Shown: positions 38,999-50,225, numbered from the stretch's first letter. The stretch is 64,000 nucleotides of DNA from Myxococcota bacterium (GCA_963674735.2 CAXXQS010000001.1:2272001-2336000); one strand, 5' to 3'. Made by a program: numbers and translations. Notes: generated by a model not told the origin, from the letters alone.

Positions 38999-39712
38999 AT
39001 GAATCACGACGTTCTGTACAAACCTTCCTACGCCTTGTTGCGCGTCAACCTGGCGGCTGGAGAACAGGTGGTGGCCGAAGCGGGCGCGCTGGTGGCCATG
39101 TCGCCGAATATACAGGTCAAAACCCTGCTCAATCCGAACCCGGCGGCGAACTCCGGCTTTTTCGGACGCCTGTTCGGCTTTTTCGCCGCTCTGCTGAAAG
39201 CGCTGCTGCGGAAGGTCTTCGGCGGTGAAAGCTTCTTCGTCAACCGCTTCGAGCCCGCCGGGGGCGAAGGCGAAGTTTTGCTGGCGCCCGCCGTAACCGG
39301 CGACATCATCCATCAACGAATCGAGGGCCGTAACCTCATCGTCCAAGCCAGCAGCTACCTGGCTTCCAGCGGCGACGTACAAGTCAAAATGAAGTTCGGC
39401 GGATTGAAGGGCCTGTTCTCCGGCGAAGGCGTTTTCCTGCTGGAAATCGGCGGCACGGGAGATGTGTGGCTGAACGCCTACGGCGGCATCGAAGAAATCC
39501 GCATCGACGGGTCCTATGTCGTCGATACCGGCCATATCGTCGCTTTCGAATCAAGCCTCGATTACCGCATCAAGGGGGTGGGTGGACTGAAATCGACCCT
39601 GATCTCCGGCGAAGGCCTGGTGATGGAATTCAACGGAACGGGCACATTGTGGATTCAAACGCGCAATTTGCCGGGCTTCGTCAACTGGGTGGCGTCCCTG
39701 CTGCCCCGTTAA
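38999..39712 (+). CDS. TIGR00266/AIM24 family protein 1
   Basis: AEAGALVAMS, GGESFF, SGEG and VVDTGHIVAFE motifs. Confidence 0.9.
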   Translation: MNHDVLYKPSYALLRVNLAAGEQVVAEAGALVAMSPNIQVKTLLNPNPAANSGFFGRLFGFFAALLKALLRKVFGGESFFVNRFEPAGGEGEVLLAPAVTGDIIHQRIEGRNLIVQASSYLASSGDVQVKMKFGGLKGLFSGEGVFLLEIGGTGDVWLNAYGGIEEIRIDGSYVVDTGHIVAFESSLDYRIKGVGGLKSTLISGEGLVMEFNGTGTLWIQTRNLPGFVNWVASLLPR

Positions 39713-39749
39713 ACGACGCACTACACGGTCGGACACGAAAGGAAACACC

Positions 39750-40412
39750 ATGCAGATCTCCATCGAACATCGTCCCGCATACGCGCTGGCGATCTGTCGG
39801 CTCGATACGGATGAACAGATGAAAGCCGAGAGCGGCGCCATGCTCAGCATGTCGTCGAACGTCGGCATCCAGTCTTCCTCGGGCGGCGTGATGAAAGGGC
39901 TCAAGCGCGCGCTTCTGGGCGGCGAATCGTTTTTCCAAAACACCTTCACCGCCGAACACGCTCCCGGAGAAGTGACCTTCGCCCCCACCCTGCCCGGCGA
40001 TATCGTGCATTTGCCACTGAACGGCGAGGTGGTGGTACAGGGCACGAGCTACCTGGCGTCGTCGCCGGGCATCGATGTCAACACCCGTTTCAAAGGCTTC
40101 AAAGGACTGTTTTCCGGCGAAGGCGTCTTCATGCTGAAAGTCGCCGGAAAAGGCGACCTGCTGCTCAGCGCCTTCGGGGCTATTCACGAAGTCGAGGTGG
40201 ACGGCGAATACGTGGTGGACACCGGCCATATCGTCGCCTTCGAATCGAGCCTCGATTTCAAGATCGCCCGTGTCGGCGGCTGGGCGGCCACCTTCTTCTC
40301 CGGCGAAGGGCTGGTCTGCCGTTACCAGGGCAAGGGAAAGCTGTGGCTGCAAACGCGCCACCCCCACGAATTCGGTTCCTTGATCGGTCCGAAGCTTCCA
40401 CCACGCGAATAA
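39750..40412 (+). CDS. TIGR00266/AIM24 family protein 2
   Basis: AESGAM, GGESFF and VVDTGHIVAFE motifs. Confidence 0.9.
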   Translation: MQISIEHRPAYALAICRLDTDEQMKAESGAMLSMSSNVGIQSSSGGVMKGLKRALLGGESFFQNTFTAEHAPGEVTFAPTLPGDIVHLPLNGEVVVQGTSYLASSPGIDVNTRFKGFKGLFSGEGVFMLKVAGKGDLLLSAFGAIHEVEVDGEYVVDTGHIVAFESSLDFKIARVGGWAATFFSGEGLVCRYQGKGKLWLQTRHPHEFGSLIGPKLPPRE

Positions 40413-40422
40413 GGAGGGCGGC

Positions 40423-41097
40423 ATGGAACATCAAATTATCGGCAAACCGGATTTTTCTCTGGTTAAAGTTCGTCTCGCCCCCCAAGAGAAGGTGTTGGCC
40501 GAAGCGGGCGCCATGGTGACCATGAGCGGCGGCGTCAGCATCGAAACCAAAGCCAAAGGCGGCGTGCTGGCCGGACTCAAACGCAAACTCGGCGGCGAGT
40601 CGTTTTTCGTCAACACCTTCAGCGCCGATGCCACCGGCGGCGAGGTGCTGTTGGCCCCGGCCACACCGGGCGACCTGCAACATGTCGTTCTGAAAGGTGG
40701 ACCCTTTTACCTGCAATCCCGAGCCTTTGTGGCTTCCGACCCTCGGATCGTCACCGATTTCAAATGGGGCGGCGCGAAGTCTTTCTTCGGCGGCGAAGGC
40801 CTTTTTATGCTACAATGCAGCGGTGAAGGCGACCTGTGGTTCGGATCCTACGGAGCCATCCATCCCGTCGACGTGGAAGGCAGCTATGTCGTCGACACCG
40901 GTGCCATCGTCGCCTTCGAATCATCGTTGACATTTGGCGTTAAATCGGTGGGCGGTTTGAAATCACTGATGTTTTCAGGTGAGGGATTGGTTTGCGAATT
41001 CAAAGGAAACGGCCGGCTGTGGTTGCAAACACGCTTACCGGCCTCGTTCGCGAGCTGGATCCACCCGTTCCGTCCCAAAAAGCAATCCAAAAACTGA
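40423..41097 (+). CDS. TIGR00266/AIM24 family protein 3
   Basis: AEAGAM, GGESFF and VVDTGAIVAFE motifs. Confidence 0.9.
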   Translation: MEHQIIGKPDFSLVKVRLAPQEKVLAEAGAMVTMSGGVSIETKAKGGVLAGLKRKLGGESFFVNTFSADATGGEVLLAPATPGDLQHVVLKGGPFYLQSRAFVASDPRIVTDFKWGGAKSFFGGEGLFMLQCSGEGDLWFGSYGAIHPVDVEGSYVVDTGAIVAFESSLTFGVKSVGGLKSLMFSGEGLVCEFKGNGRLWLQTRLPASFASWIHPFRPKKQSKN

Positions 41098-41179
41098 TAT
41101 CGCCTGCGTCGACCCAACCCCGACCCGCCGCCGACGCCTCTCAGCGCTTCACCAATGGCGGCGGTATTGATGGAAACGC

Positions 41180-43537
41180 ATGACCGCACGAACCTTCATA
41201 TGGCTGCTGCGCCCCAGTATCCTGAAGCTCAGTATGCTGATCGCACTGCTGTTCGCCATGGTCGCCTACCTGCAGGAATCGGACGACTACCATTTCGGTT
41301 TCCTCGAAATCATGGATTTGAAAATCCTCGACCACAAGTTCATCTCCCGTCAATTGCGGGAGAAACCGGATGAGGTGGTCATCGCCGCCATCGATGAAAA
41401 AGCCCTCGATGCTTATGGCCGCTGGCCCTGGAAACGCGACCTGATCGCGCAACTGGTAGACCGTCTATCCCAAGCCGGAGCCTCCGTCATCGCCTTCGAT
41501 CTCGTACTGGCCGATGAAACGGTCGATGAAACGGCCCAGGTGCTCCGGCGCATCGAACGACGCGTTAAAAAGATGAAAGCCGGGGACTCGAAAAGCGCCT
41601 TGTCCTTGAAGCTGAAAACCCTCTCCCTATTGCGCGAACAGGCCGACCGGCACGACGCCGACCGCCGCCTGGCTCACTCCCTGGCCGGACCCACGCCGAC
41701 CGTCCTCGGTTTTTTCATTTTCACAGATCTGGATGAACTGCAGGATCTGGAACGCGATCGTTTGATCGATGATCTCGACCGCCTGATTCCGTCGAAGATC
41801 GCCGTAATCGCCCCGCTGGACCCCGAACACGAAAACGAATACCTGATCAACCTGCCCCAGGCTCCTGCGCTGCTTGCGCCCCTGCCCGTTTTCACCGACG
41901 CAACCGACCATTACGGACACATCGAATTCGATCAGGATCTCGACGGCGTCGGTCGCCGCGCCGTCCTGCTGTACGAAGTCGCCGAAGATCCGGCCGTCAA
42001 TGTCTATCCGGATTTGATGGACGAAAAGCTGATCTTCCCCAGCCTGGCGCTCAAAACCGCCGCCCTGCATGTGAAACGCGAAATCGTGGTCCATACTTAC
42101 GACAAGGGAATTCTTGCCATCGGGCTCGGGCGCGGCGAAGATGCCCACCTGATTCAAACCGATCGTTTCGGCCGGATGTTGATCAACTTTTATGGTCCCG
42201 CGAAAACTTTCGATACCTACAGCATCAAAGACATACTCGATAACGCAACCCCCGCCGACGCGTTCAAGGATCGCATCGTCCTGGTGGGGGCAACCGCCAA
42301 AGCCTTGCAGGATATGCGCCTAACCCCTTTTCAGCACGACTTCCCCGGCGTCGAGGTGCATGCCAACGTCATCGCCAATATCCTCAAAAGCGATTACATC
42401 ACCGACCCCGACACCCTGCTGCACATCGAAATCCTGTTGATTCTCTTCTTCGGATTCCTCTTCGGCACGGTGGTGCGCCATCTGACGGCCTTATGGGGTT
42501 TCCTGTTTTTGATCATCGTATTCAGCGTTTATACCGTCATCGACAGCACCTTGCTGTTCTCAAACGGAATCTGGGTACGCTCCGCGTTGCCGCTGGCTGA
42601 AGCCTTCGTGATCTTCCTGGTGTGTTATATCTACCGCTACATGATCGAGGAACGTGACAAGCGCCGCACCCGCAGCGCCTTCAAGCAGTACCTCAATCCG
42701 TCGGTGGTGGACACCATGATGTCCGACTTCGACCAACTCAAGCTGGGTGGCGAAAAACGGACTATTACCGTGCTGTTTTCCGATATTCGCGGTTTCACTT
42801 CGTTTAGCGAAAAGCTGTCTCCCGACCGGCTCGGCGATATTCTCACAGAGTATCTGAACCCCATGACCCGGATCGTCTTCGACCATCGCGGGGTGCTCGA
42901 CAAATACATGGGCGATGCAATCATGGCTTTCTGGGGCGCTCCCACCCGCGAGCCCAACCACGCCATCCTGGCCTGCGAGGCGGCTCTCGTCATGTTGACA
43001 CAGCTCGAAGCGCTGAACCATGACTGGGCCAAGCAAGGAATCCCGCGCCTCGAAATCGGCATCGGCATCAATACCGGCCCGATGTGGGTGGGCAACATGG
43101 GCAGTCAGGTGCGCTTCGACTACACCGTCATCGGCGACGCCGTCAACCTCGGCTCCCGCCTGGAAGGCACCAACAAGCAGTACGGCACCCGTATCATCAT
43201 CTCCGAATTCACCCGACGCGCCATCGGCGGGAGCTTCCTCTGCCGCGAACTGGACGCCATCCGCGTCAAGGGTAAGGCCCAGCCGGTCACCATTTACGAG
43301 CTGATGGTCAAGGGAACGGGATCCGATAGCCAGCGCCAACAGGTGAAGGAATTCGAGGCGGGACTGGCCCTTTACCGCAAGCGTCGCTGGAACGAGGCTA
43401 TGGAAACCTTCGTTCAGGTGTCGAACCGGTATCCCGACGACCAGGCCGCGCGGGTGTTCATGGCCCGCTGCGAGCAATTCAGCCTGAACCCGCCCCCCGA
43501 AAACTGGGACGGCGTCTTCGAAATGGAAACCAAATAA
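41180..43537 (+). CDS. CHASE2-domain class III adenylate cyclase
   Basis: GRWPW and PGVEVHA (CHASE2); FSDIRGFT, DKYMGD, YTVIGDAVNLGSRLEG and VKGK (cyclase). Confidence 0.94.
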   Translation: MTARTFIWLLRPSILKLSMLIALLFAMVAYLQESDDYHFGFLEIMDLKILDHKFISRQLREKPDEVVIAAIDEKALDAYGRWPWKRDLIAQLVDRLSQAGASVIAFDLVLADETVDETAQVLRRIERRVKKMKAGDSKSALSLKLKTLSLLREQADRHDADRRLAHSLAGPTPTVLGFFIFTDLDELQDLERDRLIDDLDRLIPSKIAVIAPLDPEHENEYLINLPQAPALLAPLPVFTDATDHYGHIEFDQDLDGVGRRAVLLYEVAEDPAVNVYPDLMDEKLIFPSLALKTAALHVKREIVVHTYDKGILAIGLGRGEDAHLIQTDRFGRMLINFYGPAKTFDTYSIKDILDNATPADAFKDRIVLVGATAKALQDMRLTPFQHDFPGVEVHANVIANILKSDYITDPDTLLHIEILLILFFGFLFGTVVRHLTALWGFLFLIIVFSVYTVIDSTLLFSNGIWVRSALPLAEAFVIFLVCYIYRYMIEERDKRRTRSAFKQYLNPSVVDTMMSDFDQLKLGGEKRTITVLFSDIRGFTSFSEKLSPDRLGDILTEYLNPMTRIVFDHRGVLDKYMGDAIMAFWGAPTREPNHAILACEAALVMLTQLEALNHDWAKQGIPRLEIGIGINTGPMWVGNMGSQVRFDYTVIGDAVNLGSRLEGTNKQYGTRIIISEFTRRAIGGSFLCRELDAIRVKGKAQPVTIYELMVKGTGSDSQRQQVKEFEAGLALYRKRRWNEAMETFVQVSNRYPDDQAARVFMARCEQFSLNPPPENWDGVFEMETK

Positions 43538-43567
43538 GTTTACCCGCTCAACACACAGGACAAAACC

Positions 43568-44893
43568 TTGACGACGTATCGCGAAACGGTGGATTGGCTG
43601 TACGGACTGCAAACTCGCGGCATGAAATTCGGCCTCGACAACATGCGGACTCTCTGTCGCTTGATGGGCGACCCGCAAAATCGCTTTAAAAGCGTTCATC
43701 TGGCCGGAACCAACGGCAAAGGCTCCTGCGCCGCCTTCATCACCAAAATGGCCGAATCCGCCGGTCTGCGCTGCGGATTGACGGTATCGCCCCACCTCGT
43801 AGACCTCACTGAACGCATCCGCATCAACGATACGCCCATCGCCCGCGAGCGCCTGATCGAGCTGACGACCCGCATCCGCGACGCCGTGGAGCGTCACAAC
43901 GCCGATCACGCGGACGCGCCGCTTTCGCCCACCTATTTCGAATTCACCATGCTGCTGGCTTTCTGCCACTTCGCCGAGGAAAACGTCGACCTGGCGGTGG
44001 TGGAAGCGGGACTGGGCGGCCGACTCGATTCGACCAACGTCCTGAAACCGATTCTCACCCTCATCACGTCGATCGGTATGGAACACACCCAATACCTGGG
44101 CGACACCCTGGGTGCCATCGCGCGCGAAAAAGCGGGCATCATCAAGCCCGATACTCCGCTATTGACCGCCGTCCACGACGAAGAGGCCTTGGAGGCCATC
44201 GAGGCCGTCGCCGAGGAAAAACTCGCGCCCCTGTTGCTGTTCGGCTGCGATTTCACCGCCTATCTCGGCAAAGGCCGCCTGAGCTATTTCGACGCGCACC
44301 ACCGCCTCGACGACATGCCGATCGGCCTGAAGGGCGCCCATCAACGCGCGAACGCCGGAATGGCCATCGCCGCGGCCTACCAACTTCAACGCCTCGGTTT
44401 TCCCATCGATGACGACGCCATCAGGCGTGGAATCGCCGAAACCCGCTGGCCGGGTCGCCTGGAATTGTTCGCTCACCGCCCGCCCTGGCTGGTGGACTGC
44501 GCCCACAACCCCGCCGCCGTCGAAACCCTGGCGGTCTATCTGATGGCGGAACATCCGCAGGCGCGTATCCTGGCGGTCTTCGCCGCGATGAAAGACAAGA
44601 ACTACGCCGCCATGCTGGCGCGACTGGCTCCACAAGTCGACACGTGGATCTTCACCCGACCCGCCATCGACCGAGCCGAGAATCCCGAAGCATTACAGCG
44701 GGTTTGTCATATCCAAGAACGAATCCACCTGCGCCCCGCGGTGGCCGACGCGCTGAAACTGGCCGAAGAAATGGAAAACGATTTCGACCTGGTGCTGGTA
44801 GCCGGTTCGATTTTTCTGGTGGGCGAAGCCTATCCATGGATCGCCACTCATACCGGAAAAACTGGCGTGGCGGGGAACCCTGTGATAGGCTAA
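43568..44893 (+). CDS. folC: Folylpolyglutamate synthase/dihydrofolate synthase
   Basis: AGTNGKGS, EAGLGGRLDSTN, WPGR and DCAHN motifs; TTG start. Confidence 0.94.
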   Translation: MTTYRETVDWLYGLQTRGMKFGLDNMRTLCRLMGDPQNRFKSVHLAGTNGKGSCAAFITKMAESAGLRCGLTVSPHLVDLTERIRINDTPIARERLIELTTRIRDAVERHNADHADAPLSPTYFEFTMLLAFCHFAEENVDLAVVEAGLGGRLDSTNVLKPILTLITSIGMEHTQYLGDTLGAIAREKAGIIKPDTPLLTAVHDEEALEAIEAVAEEKLAPLLLFGCDFTAYLGKGRLSYFDAHHRLDDMPIGLKGAHQRANAGMAIAAAYQLQRLGFPIDDDAIRRGIAETRWPGRLELFAHRPPWLVDCAHNPAAVETLAVYLMAEHPQARILAVFAAMKDKNYAAMLARLAPQVDTWIFTRPAIDRAENPEALQRVCHIQERIHLRPAVADALKLAEEMENDFDLVLVAGSIFLVGEAYPWIATHTGKTGVAGNPVIG

Positions 44894-44925
44894 CGGAATC
44901 TATTCACTGGATTTTCGAGGCGTCC

Positions 44926-46377
44926 GTGCGGTTACTTCTACTTCCATATCTATTGATTGCCCTGCTGATCTCCATCTCTTCATTATGGGCTGCCGATCCC
45001 GAATTGCCGCAGATTTCGGCCCTTACGGCCATCCAGGACGGCCCGCGTATTCAGGTTCGCATTCTGGCCAGCCAGCGACCGGTTTTTTCCAGCTACCAGC
45101 TATCCGACCCTGAACGACTGGTCATCGATTTTCCCCAGATGCAACTAGCTCCGCAAGTGGGACCGCCTCCCCTGCGTTCCGTCCTGATCGACCGTCTATC
45201 GCTTGAAGCCCCCACGGATTTCGATAACTTGGTACGCTTGGTGATCTGGCTGCGCGCCCCCGCCGACTACCGTATGGAGCAGCAGAACGGCTCCCTGGTT
45301 ATCATCCTGGAACCGCTTCCCGGTTCGCCGCTGCTGGCGCTGAATGCCCCCCAAACATCGCAGAAAACCGGACAATCCGAAACACCGACCACGGTGGCAG
45401 CCACCTTGCAAGCGGAACGGGAAGACGCCGAGCGAAAACGCCTGGAAGCAGAACGCCGTCAACGCGAAATCGCCGAGCAGAAACGCCTGGAAGCAGAACG
45501 CCGTCAACGCGAAATCGCCGAGCAGAAACGCCTGGAAGCAGAACGTCGTCAGCGCGAAATCGCCGAACAGAAACGCCTGGAAGCAGAACGCCGTCAGCGC
45601 GAAATCGCCGAACAGAAACGCCTGGAAGCAGAACGTCGCCAGCGCGAAATCGCCGAGCAGAAACGCCTGGAAGCAGAACGTCGCCAGCGCGAAATCGCCG
45701 AGCAGAAACGCCTGGAAGAGGAACGTCGCCAGCGCGAAATCGCCGAGCAGAAACGCCTGGAAGAGGAACGTCGCCAGCGCGAAATCGCCGAACAGAAACG
45801 CCTGGAGGAAGAACGTCGTCTGCGCGAAATCGCCCAGCAAAAACGCTTGGAAGAAGAGCGCCGTCAACGTGAGGAAGCCAAGAAAAAAAGGCTGGAAGAG
45901 GAGCGCCAAAAACGCGAAAACGCCCAGCGCGAACGCATGCAGGCGGAAGTCGAACGGGCCAAGAAAGCCGAACGAAATCGGCAGAATGAGTTGGCCAAGC
46001 GCAAGAACCTCAAAGTTACCAAGTTGCACCCCGCCAGCGGACCGGCCACCCTGCGCTTCGTCGGTTTTCATCCGCAAAACGGCGGCGCGCGCGTCAGTGT
46101 CACATTCAACCGTACCGCGAATATGACCACCCAATGGGTGGACACGCATACCGCCCGTTTCATCTTCGCTCCAGCTCGCGTGGTCAACCGCATGAACCTG
46201 CTTCCCCTGCAAACGGCGGCATTCAACACGCCGGTCGAATCGGTGCAACCCGACTGGAATCCGCTGGATCAGACGGTCAGCCTGACCGTGCACCTCTCTT
46301 CCCAGGCGCAATTCAGCGTACAACGCCATGATTTTCGTATCGATATTCTCTTCGAACCCGTGAGTGGACAGCCCTGA
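44926..46377 (+). CDS. Secreted AMIN-domain protein with a long E/R/K repeat spacer
   Basis: Probable GTG start and signal peptide; LSDPERLVIDF AMIN motif; 15-aa repeats; C-terminal AMIN-like beta domain. Confidence 0.75.
   Translation: MRLLLLPYLLIALLISISSLWAADPELPQISALTAIQDGPRIQVRILASQRPVFSSYQLSDPERLVIDFPQMQLAPQVGPPPLRSVLIDRLSLEAPTDFDNLVRLVIWLRAPADYRMEQQNGSLVIILEPLPGSPLLALNAPQTSQKTGQSETPTTVAATLQAEREDAERKRLEAERRQREIAEQKRLEAERRQREIAEQKRLEAERRQREIAEQKRLEAERRQREIAEQKRLEAERRQREIAEQKRLEAERRQREIAEQKRLEEERRQREIAEQKRLEEERRQREIAEQKRLEEERRLREIAQQKRLEEERRQREEAKKKRLEEERQKRENAQRERMQAEVERAKKAERNRQNELAKRKNLKVTKLHPASGPATLRFVGFHPQNGGARVSVTFNRTANMTTQWVDTHTARFIFAPARVVNRMNLLPLQTAAFNTPVESVQPDWNPLDQTVSLTVHLSSQAQFSVQRHDFRIDILFEPVSGQP
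45436..45885 (+). repeat. 45-bp coding tandem repeat (KRLEAERRQREIAEQ), 9 copies plus a degenerate tenth
   Basis: Units start at 45436, 45481, 45526 ... 45841. Confidence 0.95.
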
Positions 46378-46458
46378 ACACGCTAAAAGGACTTGCCAAA
46401 ATCGTGCCTCGCCGTTAGATTAGGGCGATTTGCACTGTTCAATAGAACCGAGGTTGGG

Positions 46459-49317
46459 ATGTTAAAAAAGATTTCAGAAGCCATTTTCGGCACTCAGCAC
46501 GAGCGCGAGATCAAGCGCTTGCAGCCGTATGTCGATCAGATCAACGGTCTGGAAGACGGCATCAAAGCCAAGTCGGACGACGAACTGCGTGCGCGCATCG
46601 GTGAATTTCGCCAACAGGTCGAAAACGCGGTCAAAGGCTACAGCGACCATGCCGATCGCCGCAAACGCGAAGAAGATATCCTCGCAACCCTGTTGCCGGA
46701 AACCTTCGCCATCGTGCGCGAAGCCGGTATCCGCAGCCTGGGTATGCGCCACTACGACGTCCAGCTCATCGGCGGCATGGTCCTTCACGGCGGCCGCATC
46801 TCCGAGATGCGCACCGGTGAAGGTAAAACCCTGGTCGCCACCCTGCCCTTGGTACTCAACGCCCTTACCGGGCGCGGCGTGCATTTGGTCACGGTCAACG
46901 ATTACCTGGCCCGACGCGACTCGGAATGGATGGGACGCATCTACAAATACCTGGGATTTTCGGTGGGGCTGGTGGTGCACGGGATCAACACCCGCAAACG
47001 CCGCGAGTCTTACGCCAGCGACATCCTGTACGGAACCAACAACGAGTTCGGGTTCGACTACCTGCGCGACAACATGAAGTTCCGCCTCTCCGATTACGTC
47101 CAACGCGACCTGCATTATGCCATCGTGGATGAGGTCGATTCCATCCTGATCGACGAAGCCCGTACCCCGTTGATCATCTCCGGCCAGGCCGAAGACTCGA
47201 CCGAGAAATACAATCAGGTCAATGCCGTCATCAAAAACCTGGTCAAGCTCGGTTTGACGGAAGGCCGAAAACGCGCCGCCAAGGCCGATGTTTCCATCGA
47301 AGAAGTCGTGGAAAAAGAAGGCGGCCTGCGGGCCATCGCCTCGCAGCTCAAAGGCCGCAAGAAGAAAGACCTCGCGGGCGACTACTATTTCTTCACCATC
47401 GACGAGAAGGGCCGCAACATCATCTTGTCGGATGAGGGCGTGGCCTGGGTGGAAGAGCATTTCAACGTGGAGAACCTCTACGAACCGCAGAATATCGAAC
47501 TGCTGCACCACGTCAATCAGGGTTTACGCGCCCACCTGCTGTACCGCGTCGAGCAGGAATACATCGTCAAGGACGATAAGGTGGTCATCGTCGACGAATT
47601 CACCGGCCGCCTTATGCCCGGCCGCCGCTGGTCCGACGGGTTGCATCAGGCCGTGGAAGCCAAAGAAGGCGTCCAGATCCAGAACGAAAACCAGACACTG
47701 GCCTCCATCACCTTCCAGAACTTCTTCCGCATGTACGACAAGCTGGCCGGTATGACCGGTACGGCGGAAACCGAGGCCAACGAATTCAAGCAGATCTACG
47801 GGCTCAACGTCGCGGTGATTCCCACCGACAAACCCATGATCCGCCAAGATCACACCGATATGGTGTACCGCACGGTCAAAGAAAAATACACATCCGTGGT
47901 GGAAGAGATTGCCGAAGTCAGCAAACGAGGACAGCCGGTGCTGGTGGGCACGATCAGCATCGAGAATTCGGAAAAACTCTCACGCATGCTCAAGCGCCGG
48001 GGCGTCAAGCACAACGTACTCAACGCCAAGTTCCATGAAAAAGAAGCGGAAATCGTCGCCCAAGCCGGCCGCAAAGGCGCGGTCACGATCGCAACCAACA
48101 TGGCGGGTCGCGGTACCGATATCGTCTTGGGCGGCAACCCCGAATTCATGGCCTGGCAACAAGTCGGCACCGATGCCGAGCTGGATGAATTCCAGGCGGC
48201 TCTCGATGAGTACACCAAGAAATGCAAGGCGGAAAAGGAATTCGTGCTCGAAGCGGGCGGCCTGCACATTCTCGGTACCGAACGCCACGAATCGCGCCGC
48301 ATCGACAACCAGTTGCGTGGCCGTTCGGGACGCCAGGGCGATCCCGGAAGTTCACGTTTTTACCTGTCGCTCGAAGATGATCTGATGCGCATCTTCGGTG
48401 GCGAGCGGATCATGGCCATCATGAACCGCTTGGGGATCGAAGAGGGACAGGTTATTCAGCACGGCATGATCACCCGCGCCATCGAGAAATCGCAGATGCG
48501 TGTGGAAGCGCACAACTTCGATATCCGCAAAAACCTGCTCGATTACGATACCGTGATGAACGAGCAACGGACCGTTACCTACCGCACGCGCCGCGAAATT
48601 CTCGAAGGCACGGAACAAGAAGAACGCGCGCTCACCGCCATCGAAGACGTGGTGATCTCCATCGTCGGCGAAACCTGCCAGGGAACGGCCGAAAAATGGG
48701 AGATCGACCGCCTGCTCGATAGTATCAAACATTACTTCAATATGGATTACGACCTGGAGTTCGATCCCAAAAGCGCCCCGCCGCTGGAGAAGCTTCAGGA
48801 AAACATCTACTTCGCCGCCGAAAAAGAATATCGGGAAAAGGTGAAGAATATCGCCGCCCTGTTCAACGACGACGGCGACAACTGGCGGCGCATGGAACGC
48901 GAGCTGCATCTCCAGATTCTCGACAAACACTGGCGCGAGCACCTGTTGCAAATGGATCACCTGAAAGAAGGCATCAGCCTGCGCGGCTATGGTTCGCGCG
49001 ATCCCAAGCAGGAATACAAAAAAGAAGGCTTTGCCATGTTCGAGGATTTGCTTGACCGCATTTCCTTCGAATTCATCCAATACGTCTTCCGTATCCAGAT
49101 CCAGGCCGAAGAAGAACTGACGCGCCTGCGCGAAAAGCAGGAAGCCGAACAAGAACGCCGTCGCATGACCTACGAACGCGGCGAGTCTCGTAAAAAGCCG
49201 GAAACCGTCCAACGCACCGTGCAGAAGATCGGTCGCAACGACCCCTGCCCCTGCGGGTCGGGTAAGAAATTCAAAAAATGCCATTGGGGCCAGGCCGGCT
49301 TCGAACGGTTTATGTAA
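46459..49317 (+). CDS. secA: Preprotein translocase ATPase SecA
   Basis: [42 protein letters not shown] and [22 protein letters not shown] motifs. Confidence 0.98.
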   Translation: MLKKISEAIFGTQHEREIKRLQPYVDQINGLEDGIKAKSDDELRARIGEFRQQVENAVKGYSDHADRRKREEDILATLLPETFAIVREAGIRSLGMRHYDVQLIGGMVLHGGRISEMRTGEGKTLVATLPLVLNALTGRGVHLVTVNDYLARRDSEWMGRIYKYLGFSVGLVVHGINTRKRRESYASDILYGTNNEFGFDYLRDNMKFRLSDYVQRDLHYAIVDEVDSILIDEARTPLIISGQAEDSTEKYNQVNAVIKNLVKLGLTEGRKRAAKADVSIEEVVEKEGGLRAIASQLKGRKKKDLAGDYYFFTIDEKGRNIILSDEGVAWVEEHFNVENLYEPQNIELLHHVNQGLRAHLLYRVEQEYIVKDDKVVIVDEFTGRLMPGRRWSDGLHQAVEAKEGVQIQNENQTLASITFQNFFRMYDKLAGMTGTAETEANEFKQIYGLNVAVIPTDKPMIRQDHTDMVYRTVKEKYTSVVEEIAEVSKRGQPVLVGTISIENSEKLSRMLKRRGVKHNVLNAKFHEKEAEIVAQAGRKGAVTIATNMAGRGTDIVLGGNPEFMAWQQVGTDAELDEFQAALDEYTKKCKAEKEFVLEAGGLHILGTERHESRRIDNQLRGRSGRQGDPGSSRFYLSLEDDLMRIFGGERIMAIMNRLGIEEGQVIQHGMITRAIEKSQMRVEAHNFDIRKNLLDYDTVMNEQRTVTYRTRREILEGTEQEERALTAIEDVVISIVGETCQGTAEKWEIDRLLDSIKHYFNMDYDLEFDPKSAPPLEKLQENIYFAAEKEYREKVKNIAALFNDDGDNWRRMERELHLQILDKHWREHLLQMDHLKEGISLRGYGSRDPKQEYKKEGFAMFEDLLDRISFEFIQYVFRIQIQAEEELTRLREKQEAEQERRRMTYERGESRKKPETVQRTVQKIGRNDPCPCGSGKKFKKCHWGQAGFERFM

Positions 49318-49327
49318 GGAGCGATCC

Positions 49328-50101
49328 ATGGATCAGCCCACCCTTCCCCCTCTCTCGTATTTTTACCGCTACCTGTGGGAAGATCCCGAGCTTATGGTGG
49401 TGGTCGGCGACGCCGGGGAACTGTTTCGCGGAATGGATATCTATAACCGCCATTTCGGCATCGCTCCGGTTGACGACGCCGACGCCCGTGATTTCAAACG
49501 CCTGCTGACGGCGGCGGGGCTGGCGGCGGTTTCCTTGAGCGATCGCGAAAGCTGGGGCTGGAATCTCAGCCTGCCCGACCGACAGATGGGGTTTTTCGTG
49601 GCAGCCGAACCGGAAGGCATGTTATGCGGTTGTCTCCATCCCACCACGCGTAAGCAACAACTCGGTTTCGTCCAGCGCCAGAAAGCCGGTGAGGACCTGA
49701 CCCAGAGTCACTTCACCCCGCAGGGCTCCGACGTCGTTCACGCCGTCGAACGCTATTTCGTCGAATGCGAACAGGTGCAGGTGCGCGTCGCCGCCAATGA
49801 ACAAGGCCTAGGTGCATTGGTGCGCGCCATGCCGGGCGGTCGGCTGGACGAATTGGCCTCTCTTTCCGATGACGAACTGATCGAACGCTGCCGCAAACTG
49901 GCCAAAGACGGCGAAATGAAGGGAATGGGCGAGGTTTTGTTGTTTTACGAATGCCGTTGCGACGACGAGATGATCCTCAGCATGATCACGAACCTGCCCG
50001 CCGACCAGCGCGAAGAACTGTGGCGCGGTCAAGATGCGTTGCACATCGAATGCCCCCGCTGCGGACGCGGCTATACCATGAAAAAGCAGGGATTGAATTA
50101 G
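49328..50101 (+). CDS. hslO: Hsp33-family redox chaperone (divergent)
   Basis: C-terminal ECRC...CPRC zinc motif and RYFVECEQ segment. Confidence 0.75.
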   Translation: MDQPTLPPLSYFYRYLWEDPELMVVVGDAGELFRGMDIYNRHFGIAPVDDADARDFKRLLTAAGLAAVSLSDRESWGWNLSLPDRQMGFFVAAEPEGMLCGCLHPTTRKQQLGFVQRQKAGEDLTQSHFTPQGSDVVHAVERYFVECEQVQVRVAANEQGLGALVRAMPGGRLDELASLSDDELIERCRKLAKDGEMKGMGEVLLFYECRCDDEMILSMITNLPADQREELWRGQDALHIECPRCGRGYTMKKQGLN

Positions 50102-50108
50102 GAAGCGG

Positions 50109-50225
50109 TCAGCGTTTCTTGCGAGGTTTGCTCGGCTCTCCTTCCCCGCGCAGACTGATAAGCACCACGCCGGTGAGAGAGAAGAAAAACGCAATTGCCG
50201 CCAATAGCTGGATCCACGTGGACAT
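50109..50225 (-). CDS. 38-aa single-TM small protein
   Basis: MSTWIQLLAAIAFFFSLTGVVLISLRGEGEPSKPRKKR, with a strong AAAGGAG RBS; absent from the ORF track. Confidence 0.6.
   Translation of the reverse strand: MSTWIQLLAAIAFFFSLTGVVLISLRGEGEPSKPRKKR

Noticed and set aside
45436-45885. Regular 45-bp repeats resembling a CRISPR array
   Set aside because: No unique spacers, in-frame coding repeat, and no cas genes.
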